Of a DNA stretch of 64,000 nt, positions 19,760 to 28,818 are shown in pieces. The position numbers and the translations under genes were made by a program. How positions within the stretch are numbered: the first letter of the stretch is position 1; each line of letters opens with the position of its first letter. Below the pieces are notes generated by a model, which was not told the origin of the DNA, did not search any database, and saw only the letters and a program-made list of their open reading frames with translations. Source of the stretch: Flavobacteriales bacterium (GTDB lineage Bacteria > Bacteroidota > Bacteroidia > Flavobacteriales > CAJXXR01); contig JBMYYR010000002.1 in assembly GCA_049609625.1 (NCBI GenBank), positions 1,152 to 65,151 on the forward strand, read 5' to 3'.

Positions 19760-20665
19760 TTAATCTATTTTTGACTTTAAATATTTGTTTTTTAGCTCAG
19801 TAGAAGTTCTCTTAGCGCCTAAAACTGAAACGTGATCGCCATCTGGCGTAAAACAAGAATCGCTCAGGTTTAGAGTTGAAAAATCAATATAATTTAGCTG
19901 ATGTTTTTCAATGAGTTCATTTAGCTTTTCGACGTAAACTTGTGGTATTCTATTGTGGTAATAGGTATGCAGAGGGGTGTTGACGGCATATAATTCAACA
20001 TTTTTTTCATCACATAACTCTACAATTTTGCTTAAATAGTCGATGTTTAGTTCAGAAAATGGATTTAATTTTTTTTCGGTATAAAACTGAAAAACCAGCC
20101 TCCTATCCATCAATGATTCAGAAACAGTAGAACGTTCAAATTCATTTGAAAATCCCCCTAAAAAAGAATCAGTTCTTTTTGCTAAAGATTTATACATGCC
20201 TTGTTTTGCGATACCTTTTAGGAAAGGAACGGTTTTAGATGAATTCCAATAAAGATGTTTCATTTTTTCATCTGCAGGTAATAAATAAAAATATTTTGGG
20301 GCTGTAGAAGCCGAAAATCTTCCACTTATAAATCGATCGTAATAATTAGAAATATTATGATAACTCAAACCTAAAAATACGTTTTCGATAGAAGAATGTT
20401 TATCTAAAACTGCTTTGAGTTTGTAATAAGAAAAGTATATAGATTCAGATGTTGTAGCTATGTTTTTACTTTCAGGAAGAAAGCGTTCATCAAAAGCTTG
20501 ATTAATGTGCGAGTCACCAATGATAATATGTTTTACGCTTTTATCTATTTGATTATCAATTAAATCAAACGTAATGTATGCTCCCGAAAGATAGAACAAC
20601 ATGAGTCCAAAAAAACTTGGAATCAAAATATAAAGGCTAATTTTTTTTAAAAACTGTTTCATCAT
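19760..20665 (-). CDS. Membrane-anchored GDS-motif protein (SGNH/DltD/AlgX-like accessory partner of the upstream MBOAT)
   Basis: Start chosen at the ATG whose last base is the first base of the MBOAT TAA stop (TAATG overlap). It has an N-terminal TM helix followed by IIIGDSH (SGNH block I-like). The track start at 20764 lies inside the MBOAT gene. Confidence 0.5.
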   Translation of the reverse strand: MMKQFLKKISLYILIPSFFGLMLFYLSGAYITFDLIDNQIDKSVKHIIIGDSHINQAFDERFLPESKNIATTSESIYFSYYKLKAVLDKHSSIENVFLGLSYHNISNYYDRFISGRFSASTAPKYFYLLPADEKMKHLYWNSSKTVPFLKGIAKQGMYKSLAKRTDSFLGGFSNEFERSTVSESLMDRRLVFQFYTEKKLNPFSELNIDYLSKIVELCDEKNVELYAVNTPLHTYYHNRIPQVYVEKLNELIEKHQLNYIDFSTLNLSDSCFTPDGDHVSVLGAKRTSTELKNKYLKSKID

Positions 20666-22113
20666 TAAAATTGAAAATAAATGAACTGTTGTTCTTTCCC
20701 TCCAAACCAAAAAATGAGAAAAAGTAAGCTGTAATACATTCCAAACCGAAGAGGTCTGTTCCATGTTGATCCAATTTTAGCTAAAGCGAATTGCTCTGTT
20801 CGTCCAAACCATTCTATAGCTAAGAAAACAGTTAGCAAAGCAAATGTCAACAATACCATTTTTGGTTCCAAAAACTCTGGAAATTCAAAGAAAGAAGAGG
20901 AGAAAATTTCTGATAAATAGGCTAAAGCGTGCGTCATGTTTTCGGCTCGGAAAAAGACCCAAGCTAAGACCGTTAAACTAAAGGTGAGCAAGATTTGGTA
21001 AGTTTCTTTGAATGAGGGGAATAACTTGCCTTTGGCGACAATATCTAAATTGTTTCGATTGTTTTTTGTGAGTAAAAGCGGAAGAAAATAAAGTGCATTC
21101 AAAGCACCCCAAACAATAAAAGTCCAGTTGGCTCCATGCCAAAAACCACTGACAATAAAAATGATAAATGTATTACGAATTTTCATGCCTAAACCGCCAC
21201 GACTTCCTCCCAAAGGAATGTATAAATAGTCTCTAAACCAAGTAGATAAAGAAATGTGCCATCGTCTCCAAAATTCAGCAATGTCACGAGAGAAATATGG
21301 GAAATTGAAATTCTGCATCAAATCGAAACCAAATAATCTGGAAACACCAATGGCAATATCGGAATAGCCTGAGAAATCGCCATAAATTTGAAAGGTAAAG
21401 AACAAAGCACCTAAAAACAAGGTGCTGCCATTTAAGTCGGCAGAATTATTAAAAATATAATTCGCAAATTCGGCACAATTATCAGCAATCACAACTTTCT
21501 TGAAAAGACCCCAAAGTATCTGGCGCATACCATCGACGGCTTTGTGGTAATCGAATACTCGTTTTTTGTAAAATTGTGGTAGTAAGTGACTTGCGCGCTC
21601 AATAGGCCCAGCAACTAACTGAGGGAAAAAGCTAACGAAAGCCGTAAAAGCAATGAAATCTTTGGTTGGCTCAAGTTTCTTTTTGTAAACATCAATCGTA
21701 TAACTTAGTGTTTGAAAGGTGTAGAAACTTATTCCAACCGGAAGCACTATGTTTAATGAGTTAACTTCTAGTTCTGATCCAAAAAATGAAAATGCACTAA
21801 CAAAATTATCTAAAAAGAAATTATAGTATTTAAAAAAGCCTAAAAATCCAAGATTTACAACTATACTTATCCAAAGAAATAGCTTTCTTTTTCTCTGGTT
21901 AGCTTCGTGTTGTAATAGTCTTCCTATGGTATAATCGACCAGTGTACTGAAGATAATAAGTGAAAGAAATCGCCAATCCCACCAACCATAAAACAAATAA
22001 CTGGCGGCTACAATAAGTACGTTTTGCAGTTTTAGATTCTTTTGCGTAACAAACCAATAGAGTATAAACACTAGAGGCAGAAAGATGGCAAAATCTATGG
22101 AATTAAAAAACAT
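20665..22113 (-). CDS. MBOAT family membrane-bound O-acyltransferase (AlgI/DltB-like)
   Basis: MFFNSIDFAIFLP start, multi-pass membrane profile, and the conserved region FW.RWHISLS.W.RDY.Y...GG and SG.WHG with the catalytic His. Confidence 0.9.
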   Translation of the reverse strand: MFFNSIDFAIFLPLVFILYWFVTQKNLKLQNVLIVAASYLFYGWWDWRFLSLIIFSTLVDYTIGRLLQHEANQRKRKLFLWISIVVNLGFLGFFKYYNFFLDNFVSAFSFFGSELEVNSLNIVLPVGISFYTFQTLSYTIDVYKKKLEPTKDFIAFTAFVSFFPQLVAGPIERASHLLPQFYKKRVFDYHKAVDGMRQILWGLFKKVVIADNCAEFANYIFNNSADLNGSTLFLGALFFTFQIYGDFSGYSDIAIGVSRLFGFDLMQNFNFPYFSRDIAEFWRRWHISLSTWFRDYLYIPLGGSRGGLGMKIRNTFIIFIVSGFWHGANWTFIVWGALNALYFLPLLLTKNNRNNLDIVAKGKLFPSFKETYQILLTFSLTVLAWVFFRAENMTHALAYLSEIFSSSFFEFPEFLEPKMVLLTFALLTVFLAIEWFGRTEQFALAKIGSTWNRPLRFGMYYSLLFLIFWFGGKEQQFIYFQF

Positions 22114-22268
22114 AGTTTATAGTCTAATTCTTGATGGATTATTTTTTTATCTCCGTTGGTTATAAAATATCCATAAATTCCTGCAAAAATAAAGTTTAAA
22201 GAAGAGTATATGTCTCTTTTTAATAAAAATGTATTAAAAATAATCATAAAGAATTGAATATCTGCATT

Positions 22269-23519
22269 TCACTCAAACCTCAAAGCTTCGACAGGTTGTA
22301 AGCTAGCTGCTTTTTTGGCGGGATAAAATCCTGAAACAACACCAACCAAGAGGCATAAGACGAAAGCCAAAAAGACATAAAGCCATGGGACAAAAAATGG
22401 ACTATTGAGTACGAGAGCCACGATGTTTCCGATGGCAATGCCTAATAAAATTCCGAAAATTCCACCTAAAACAGAGATTACGATGGCTTCCATCAAAAAT
22501 TGATTCATAACCAAACTAGAACTTGCGCCCAAAGATTTTCTGATGCCAATTTCTCTGGTTCGTTCGGTAACTGAAACCAACATGATGTTCATCAAAGCAA
22601 CCATAGCTCCAATTAGAGTCAAAATACCGATAGAACTCGTGCCAGAACCAACACTATTCAACAGATCGTTAAGTGTTTTGAGCATGGCATTACTGTTTTC
22701 GAGCACAAAGTTATTTTCTTCCATAGGGCGACGTTTTCTAATGTTTCGAAAATGCAATGTAGATTCTTCAATAGCTTGATTTATAGCAATATGTGAGTGT
22801 GGTTTTGATTTTATTCTCAAACTAGATTCAGAAAACCGAAAGTTTGTTTTAGCAATCAAAGTAGGAAGGTAGGCATTGTTGTTCACCGAAAAGCCCATGC
22901 CTTCTGATCGTTGTTCTACCACGCCGACAACCGTATAAGAATTTGAGCCAATTTTGACCCGTTTATTAACTGCTTTTTCGGCTTGAGTAAAGAGTTTTTT
23001 GGCAATGTTTTGTCCTAAAATAATGAGTGGAAGTGCCGTTTTGGTTTCTTCAACAGAAAATCCTCGACCAAATTCGATAGGCATGCCTTCAACATCAAAA
23101 TAGTTAGCGTCAATGCCCATTACGGTTACGTTTGGGGAGCTTTCCACTTCATTGAATTTGGCTGTTTGTCCGCTCGAAGCGTAAAAATACAGTGTTGTTT
23201 TTGCCAACGCTTTTGTACGATTCGCAAACTTCTCCGCTTCTTTGAAGCTAATGACAGGGAATTTTTTTCGACGACTTCCTCCAAAATTTGGCCCACGAGA
23301 GCGGTAACTTAAGGTATAAGATTTAGCTCCAACACTCGAAAAATTGGAATTTATAGAGCGTTTGAGCGCATCGGTAGCCGTCAGGATGCTCATCAACGCC
23401 GTGATGCCAAAGGCAATGATCAGCATGGTGAGCAGACTTCGCCATTTATTGCCTTTGATGCTATTAAAAGCTATCCGAATGTTTTCAATTTGTTTTTCCA
23501 TGGCTTGTCGAAAATTCAC
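22269..23519 (-). CDS. ABC transporter permease, MacB/FtsX-like
   Basis: N-terminal TM helix, large periplasmic domain, and a C-terminal FtsX domain with three TM helices (TERTREIGIRKSLGA motif). Confidence 0.85.
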   Translation of the reverse strand: MNFRQAMEKQIENIRIAFNSIKGNKWRSLLTMLIIAFGITALMSILTATDALKRSINSNFSSVGAKSYTLSYRSRGPNFGGSRRKKFPVISFKEAEKFANRTKALAKTTLYFYASSGQTAKFNEVESSPNVTVMGIDANYFDVEGMPIEFGRGFSVEETKTALPLIILGQNIAKKLFTQAEKAVNKRVKIGSNSYTVVGVVEQRSEGMGFSVNNNAYLPTLIAKTNFRFSESSLRIKSKPHSHIAINQAIEESTLHFRNIRKRRPMEENNFVLENSNAMLKTLNDLLNSVGSGTSSIGILTLIGAMVALMNIMLVSVTERTREIGIRKSLGASSSLVMNQFLMEAIVISVLGGIFGILLGIAIGNIVALVLNSPFFVPWLYVFLAFVLCLLVGVVSGFYPAKKAASLQPVEALRFE

Positions 23520-23597
23520 TCCAATAATAGATAATTAAATAGAATATTATGAGCTAGAATGACTTATTTTTTGTTAATCCTAATTTTAATATTTATT

Positions 23598-24980
23598 CTA
23601 CCTAAACAACGTAACATTTGCAGTAAATGAATACCATTTAGAATCTTCAAATTTATAATCCCAAATGACATAATATTCACCGGGATTACAGTCTTTACCT
23701 TCATATTTTCCGTCCCAGCCTTTTTCTTCTTGATTACCATCGTAGAGTAGAATGCCCCAACGGGCGTAGACTCTAATGCGGTATTCGGCAAATTGACTTG
23801 GATTTATTGGATGGAGATACTCGTGAAATTCATTTCCGTTTGGAGTGAATACGTTGGGAAAGCCGAGTAATTCGTGATCGCAAATACCTTCGTATACATT
23901 GATTCCGTAGACAAAATAACAGAATGAATCGGGTACTTCAACTATAAAATACCCTTCTTGATCTATTATAACGCTGGTAACTTCATGAATGCCATTCCAA
24001 TACACAACATACTCTTCAGGGAAGGTGAGTTCTATACTTTCTCCGGGGCAAATAGTATACGATTCTTGAAGATTAAAGTCTGGTTTGGTATACAAAAACA
24101 CTTCAAAAGTATCACAATACGAACAATCTTCATACTCTAAACAAGCCCAATAGGTTCCCGATTCGTCTATCAAAACCGAATCGCCATCGTCGCCAGTAGA
24201 CCAATAAATATCAAACAGGGGATTGGTTTGACCAAGATTATAAAAAGCGTCTTGACAAAGAATAAGAGTGTCAGAAATTTGAAGCTGATCTTCAAGAGGT
24301 ACAATATCAAAAGAGTCTCGGCTGTAGGTGCAATCATGGTAAATATCAACCCAAAACGAACCTTCGGTTGAGCTATTGAATTGAAAATCTGTACTTCCTG
24401 TACTCCAAAGTACCGAATCGGCAGGAAAAACATTTAGGTTAATACTTTCGTCTTCGCATAAATAGAATGTGTCGGGAAAATAGCCAATACCGCTGGCGTA
24501 AAAACCAACATCGATACTATCAATTATTGAACAAAATTGAGTGAAAATTTCAACCACGTAAACGCCTTCTTCGTCAATCAAAAGGCTGTCTTGATTGAGG
24601 TTATTATTCCAAATGGCAGAATCGGCATCGAGTTCATCCAGATCTACATGAAGCACAATAAAATCTTGTCCACAAATCTGAGTATCAGGATAGTTGAAAG
24701 GCGTTGGTGTAATAAAATCAACAAAAATACTGTCTCTGAAAATTTGTTCTTGGTAAGACATTTCTAACCAATACAAGCCTGTTTCGGTTATCAGATGAGC
24801 GCCCGTTTCGGTGCTGTCTTCCCAGAGGTAATAATCGACATCTAAACCTAAATAAGAAATATACAAATAATCGCCATCGCAAAGCGTGGTGTCTGCGCCC
24901 AAATTAAATTCAAAGGTTTGAGCTTTAATGCTTTTCGCAAAGAAAAGGAGAAAAAAAAGACTAGCGATTTTTTTTAGCAT
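23598..24980 (-). CDS. Secreted repeat protein with a type B T9SS C-terminal sorting domain (gliding motility-associated CTD)
   Basis: Signal peptide, five tandem Cys-containing repeats of about 60-70 aa, and the C-terminus FPNVFTPNGN...F......Y.I.VY.RWG..........GWDG......C..G.Y, characteristic of the type B CTD. Confidence 0.8.
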   Translation of the reverse strand: MLKKIASLFFLLFFAKSIKAQTFEFNLGADTTLCDGDYLYISYLGLDVDYYLWEDSTETGAHLITETGLYWLEMSYQEQIFRDSIFVDFITPTPFNYPDTQICGQDFIVLHVDLDELDADSAIWNNNLNQDSLLIDEEGVYVVEIFTQFCSIIDSIDVGFYASGIGYFPDTFYLCEDESINLNVFPADSVLWSTGSTDFQFNSSTEGSFWVDIYHDCTYSRDSFDIVPLEDQLQISDTLILCQDAFYNLGQTNPLFDIYWSTGDDGDSVLIDESGTYWACLEYEDCSYCDTFEVFLYTKPDFNLQESYTICPGESIELTFPEEYVVYWNGIHEVTSVIIDQEGYFIVEVPDSFCYFVYGINVYEGICDHELLGFPNVFTPNGNEFHEYLHPINPSQFAEYRIRVYARWGILLYDGNQEEKGWDGKYEGKDCNPGEYYVIWDYKFEDSKWYSFTANVTLFR

Positions 24981-24987
24981 ACGTTTT

Positions 24988-26295
24988 TTAATCTATCCGA
25001 ACAATATCTGCGCCTATGTTCTGGAGGCGTTCCACGATACGTTCATAACCTCTATCTATTTGTTCGATGTTGTGAATGGTACTTTGTCCGTCGGCAGAAA
25101 GGGCGGCAATTAACAAGGAAATCCCTGCTCTAATATCGGGAGAAACCATGGTTGTTGCTTTTAGTTTCGATTGATGATTCAGCCCGATGACTGTTGCGCG
25201 ATGCGGATCGCAAAGAATGATTTTTGCTCCCATATCAATCAGTTTATCGGTAAAAAACAATCGAGATTCAAACATTTTTTGATGAATCAATACAGAACCT
25301 TTGGCTTGGGTGGCAACCACCAAAACAATACTCAATAAATCGGGTGTAAAGCCTGGCCATGGCGCATCAGAAATAGTTAGAAATGAACCGTCGATATAGT
25401 TTTCTAAAACATATTCTTTTTGAGATGGGATGTAAATATCATCGCCTTTTCGCTCGAGTTTTATACCTAATTTTCTGAATACCGAAGGGATTTGCCCAAG
25501 TTCGTCATAAGCTACATTTTTAATCGTGATTTCAGATTTTGTCATTGCCGCAAGTCCGATCCACGAACCAATTTCAATCATATCTGGTAAAATACGATGA
25601 TCACAGCCTTCCAGTTTTTCGACACCTTCAATAATAAGAAGATTTGAACCAATACCAGAAATGTTTCCACCCATGGCGTTTATCATCTTACAAAGTTGCT
25701 GTAAATAGGGCTCGCAGGCAGCATTATAAATGGTTGTTTTGCCTTTTGCCAAAGCCGCTGCCATCACAATATTCGCCGTTCCGGTAACCGAAGCTTCATC
25801 CAAAAGCATATAGCAACCTTGTAGTTCTTTAGCTTCGATGGTGTAATAGCGTTGAGCTTTGTTGTATTTAAAATCGGCACCCAAGTTTTTTAGTCCAATG
25901 AAATGGGTATCTAAACGTCGACGACCAATTTTGTCTCCACCTGGTTTTGGAATCCCTGCTTTTCCGAATCTTGCCAAAAGCGGTCCAACAATCATAATAG
26001 AGCCACGAATAGAAGCGCCTTTCACTCGAAATTCTTCCGAAAGCATATAATCGAGGTTTAACTTGTCGGCACAAAAAGCAAATACACCTTTACCTCGTTT
26101 GGAGACTTTGACGCCTAAATCTTGTAAAATATCAATTAATCGGTTGACATCTACAATATCAGGAACATTCGAAATCACAACTTCTTGATCTGTCAAAAGT
26201 ACTGCACAAATCACCTGAAGCGCTTCATTTTTTGCTCCCTGTGGTTGAATTTCACCTTGTAGTTTTTTGCCTCCTCGAATTTTAAATGACGCCAT
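24988..26295 (-). CDS. murA: UDP-N-acetylglucosamine 1-carboxyvinyltransferase
   Basis: MASFKIRGGKKLQGEI.PQGAKNEALQ N-terminus and EPSP-synthase fold length (435 aa). Confidence 0.95.
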   Translation of the reverse strand: MASFKIRGGKKLQGEIQPQGAKNEALQVICAVLLTDQEVVISNVPDIVDVNRLIDILQDLGVKVSKRGKGVFAFCADKLNLDYMLSEEFRVKGASIRGSIMIVGPLLARFGKAGIPKPGGDKIGRRRLDTHFIGLKNLGADFKYNKAQRYYTIEAKELQGCYMLLDEASVTGTANIVMAAALAKGKTTIYNAACEPYLQQLCKMINAMGGNISGIGSNLLIIEGVEKLEGCDHRILPDMIEIGSWIGLAAMTKSEITIKNVAYDELGQIPSVFRKLGIKLERKGDDIYIPSQKEYVLENYIDGSFLTISDAPWPGFTPDLLSIVLVVATQAKGSVLIHQKMFESRLFFTDKLIDMGAKIILCDPHRATVIGLNHQSKLKATTMVSPDIRAGISLLIAALSADGQSTIHNIEQIDRGYERIVERLQNIGADIVRID

Positions 26296-26632
26296 AGTAA
26301 GTTATTATTTTTTTATGTTTTGGTTTTGAAATGTGTGTTTTTACACAAATGTAATTCCCAAAAATAAGGAATAAAATGGATGTATTTAGGTTTATAAACA
26401 ACAAAAGCTGGTCGAGTACATCAAAAAAACATCCAGAAGTAACAATTTAATTCATTGAAAATCAGTTATTTGGAAAATTAAATTTTTTCGCACTATCCTG
26501 ATTATCAAAACATTGAATGATTATAGGGAGAGTGTTAAGAACGTTGAGAACTCAATAAAAATTAAGTCTTAGTTTTGATTAGAAATCTATGATTTTAGGT
26601 TGTGGTTTCGAAAGCAGGCTAGAGCTAACTTA

Positions 26633-27550
26633 CTAAGCCCAGATAAGACTCAAACTTAGACTAATACAGAAAAATAGCGTATTGAGCGCCATACGTTTTA
26701 GCATGGGGTCATAGGCTTGAATATCTTTTACTTTTGCAACTTGAATGACATGAATTAGGGCTGTCGGCAAAGCCAATAGGAATAAAAAGTTGAATAGGTT
26801 AAAGTATTGATATTCAGTATATAAAAAAATAAAAACAAACAGAAAAGGCAGTAGAGTCAAGCTGTACTGATACCATTTTGAAGCTTTGAAACCTAAGGCT
26901 ATGGCTATTGTGTTTTTGCCAGCCAAAGCATCACTTTCCATATCACGCATATTGTTCAGGTTGAGTACAGCAACACTCATTAGACCTACAGCGGCGGCGG
27001 GCAAAAGAGACATCCAAGACCATACGGAAAGATGTAAATAGCAATTTAGAGTTACACCAAAAATTCCAAAAAAAATAAAAACGGATAGGTCGCCAAGAGC
27101 TTTATAACCATAAGGATTGTTTCCTGAGGTGTAGGTTATGGCGGCAAAAATAGAAACCAACAACAGGAAAAGAAATACAAAAAAAGAAATCGACCAAATA
27201 TTAAAACTAATTACCAAAAGCGAAAGGCCGAAAAAAAAGGCCAAAGCCGCAAATAAAATCATAACTTTTTTCATGCTTTCCAAACTAATTTCCCCACTCT
27301 GAACTGCCCGGCTAGGGCCTTTTCGCTTGCTGTGGTCGGCGCCATGAATACTATCGCCATAATCATTCGAGAAATTGGAAAGAATCTGCAGACAAAGCGT
27401 TGTTAGCAAAGTTAAAATCAAAATATTGAGTTCAAATTTTCCATAAAAATAAGCTATAGCCGATCCTAAAAAAATACTCGAGAAGGCCAAGGGTAGGGTT
27501 CTGAGTCGGGCGGCTTTTATCCATCTGTTTAGCTTGATGTTTGTATTCAT
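26633..27550 (-). CDS. menA: 1,4-dihydroxy-2-naphthoate polyprenyltransferase (UbiA family)
   Basis: W..A.R.RTLP, the NDYGD aspartate-rich motif, and 8-9 TM helices. Length 305 aa. Confidence 0.85.
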   Translation of the reverse strand: MNTNIKLNRWIKAARLRTLPLAFSSIFLGSAIAYFYGKFELNILILTLLTTLCLQILSNFSNDYGDSIHGADHSKRKGPSRAVQSGEISLESMKKVMILFAALAFFFGLSLLVISFNIWSISFFVFLFLLLVSIFAAITYTSGNNPYGYKALGDLSVFIFFGIFGVTLNCYLHLSVWSWMSLLPAAAVGLMSVAVLNLNNMRDMESDALAGKNTIAIALGFKASKWYQYSLTLLPFLFVFIFLYTEYQYFNLFNFLFLLALPTALIHVIQVAKVKDIQAYDPMLKRMALNTLFFCISLSLSLIWA

Positions 27551-27996
27551 TTTTTATAGTATTTCATGCGTACGTGTTCAATTCCATCTTCTAAATAAAT
27601 ATCACTAATCTTCTGAAAACCAATATTTTGATAAAATTCAAGTAGATATAATTGAGCACTAATGACGATATCTGAATCAAACAATGTTAGGCAGCTTTCT
27701 CGCGCAAAAATCATCAGTGTTTTGCCTAAATGTTGCCCGCGAGCTTCATTCAAAACAGCCACTCTGCCAATAGAAGCTTCTGGATACGAACACTTTGGGG
27801 GCAATAGCCGAGCATAAGCCAAAAGAGAGCCCATTTCCGAAAATCCACAAAAATGAAACGCATTTTGATCCTTATCATCAAGTTCGGGGTAGGGGCAGTG
27901 CTGCTCGACGACAAATATATTGCTGCGAAATTTTAATATTTCGTACAACTGAATTGTCGACAAGTCATTAAACCTTAAGCATTTCCAAACTACCAT
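27547..27996 (-). CDS. GNAT family N-acetyltransferase (ElaA-like)
   Basis: The internal ATG at 27996 gives MVVWKCLRFNDLS..LYEIL.FR..IFVVEQ.CPY.ELD, typical of ElaA-type GNATs. ATGA overlap with the menA start. The upstream 69-codon extension in the track looks non-coding. Confidence 0.75.
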   Translation of the reverse strand: MVVWKCLRFNDLSTIQLYEILKFRSNIFVVEQHCPYPELDDKDQNAFHFCGFSEMGSLLAYARLLPPKCSYPEASIGRVAVLNEARGQHLGKTLMIFARESCLTLFDSDIVISAQLYLLEFYQNIGFQKISDIYLEDGIEHVRMKYYKK

Positions 27997-28121
27997 AGCG
28001 CCAATATTAACTCTTTGTTTTCCTGTATTAAAGAGCAAAAATAATCTTTTTGTAACAGTACAAATCGGAATAACTGAAAAAAACTTATAAGACAAAGGTT
28101 CATGGTTTGAAAATAAAATAA

Positions 28122-28129
28122 TACATTTG
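28122..28129 (+). promoter_or_regulatory. Candidate -7 box (TACATTTG) for the thioredoxin-fold gene
   Basis: TAnnTTTG match 36 nt upstream of the ATG at 28166. This supports the shorter start. Confidence 0.3.
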
Positions 28130-28165
28130 AAAAAACTTTTTATACATCTTAAACTTTCACCTCTT

Positions 28166-28795
28166 ATGAAACTCTTTTTTGTCGGCTTCGCCCTCTTTTC
28201 CACTTTTCTTGGTTTTCAGAACACACCACAATCAGCAAATTCTCGATTAGCCATTGGTGCAACCGCACCTCTCCAAACTCTTGAGATGACGGGCGTAGAC
28301 AACGCTCAGCACAGCTTAACATCTGTAGCGAAAACCAATGGACTTTTGGTTATTTTTACTTCCAATGTATGCAGTTACGTCGTTGGCAACAACGATATGG
28401 AAGGTTGGAATAACCGATATGAATTTTACAACCGAGCGGCGTCGCATCTAGATTACGGCGTTGTGTTGGTAAATTCTAATGCGCTCCACAGGTCGACTAC
28501 CGAATCTCTTTCGGCTATGCAAACCTTGGCTACTGCCAACAACTACGTTATGCCTTATGTGGTTGATACCGATGGCGACTTAGCAAATGCGTTTGGCGCC
28601 GAAACCACTCCAGATGTTTTTCTGTTCGATGAAAATTTTGAATTAATATATGAGGGCTCTATCGATGCTAACCCAGAAAGCAGTGCGGCAGTTACGAAAC
28701 AGCCTCTCATTCACGCTCTAGAACAAGGTCTAAAAAACTATCCGGTAAGTCTGCCGTCAACACCAAATGTAGGTTGCGACTTAGAGATTGAATAA
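28166..28795 (+). CDS. Secreted thioredoxin-fold protein (PRX-like/TlpA-like family) with SxxC instead of CxxC
   Basis: Signal peptide from the ATG at 28166. LLVIFTSNVCSYV aligns to the family's FTCNHCPYV motif, and TPDVFLFD and the C-terminal GC motif are also present. Confidence 0.6.
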   Translation: MKLFFVGFALFSTFLGFQNTPQSANSRLAIGATAPLQTLEMTGVDNAQHSLTSVAKTNGLLVIFTSNVCSYVVGNNDMEGWNNRYEFYNRAASHLDYGVVLVNSNALHRSTTESLSAMQTLATANNYVMPYVVDTDGDLANAFGAETTPDVFLFDENFELIYEGSIDANPESSAAVTKQPLIHALEQGLKNYPVSLPSTPNVGCDLEIE

Positions 28796-28818
28796 ACCAG
28801 TTAAAACTCTTTGACTTC

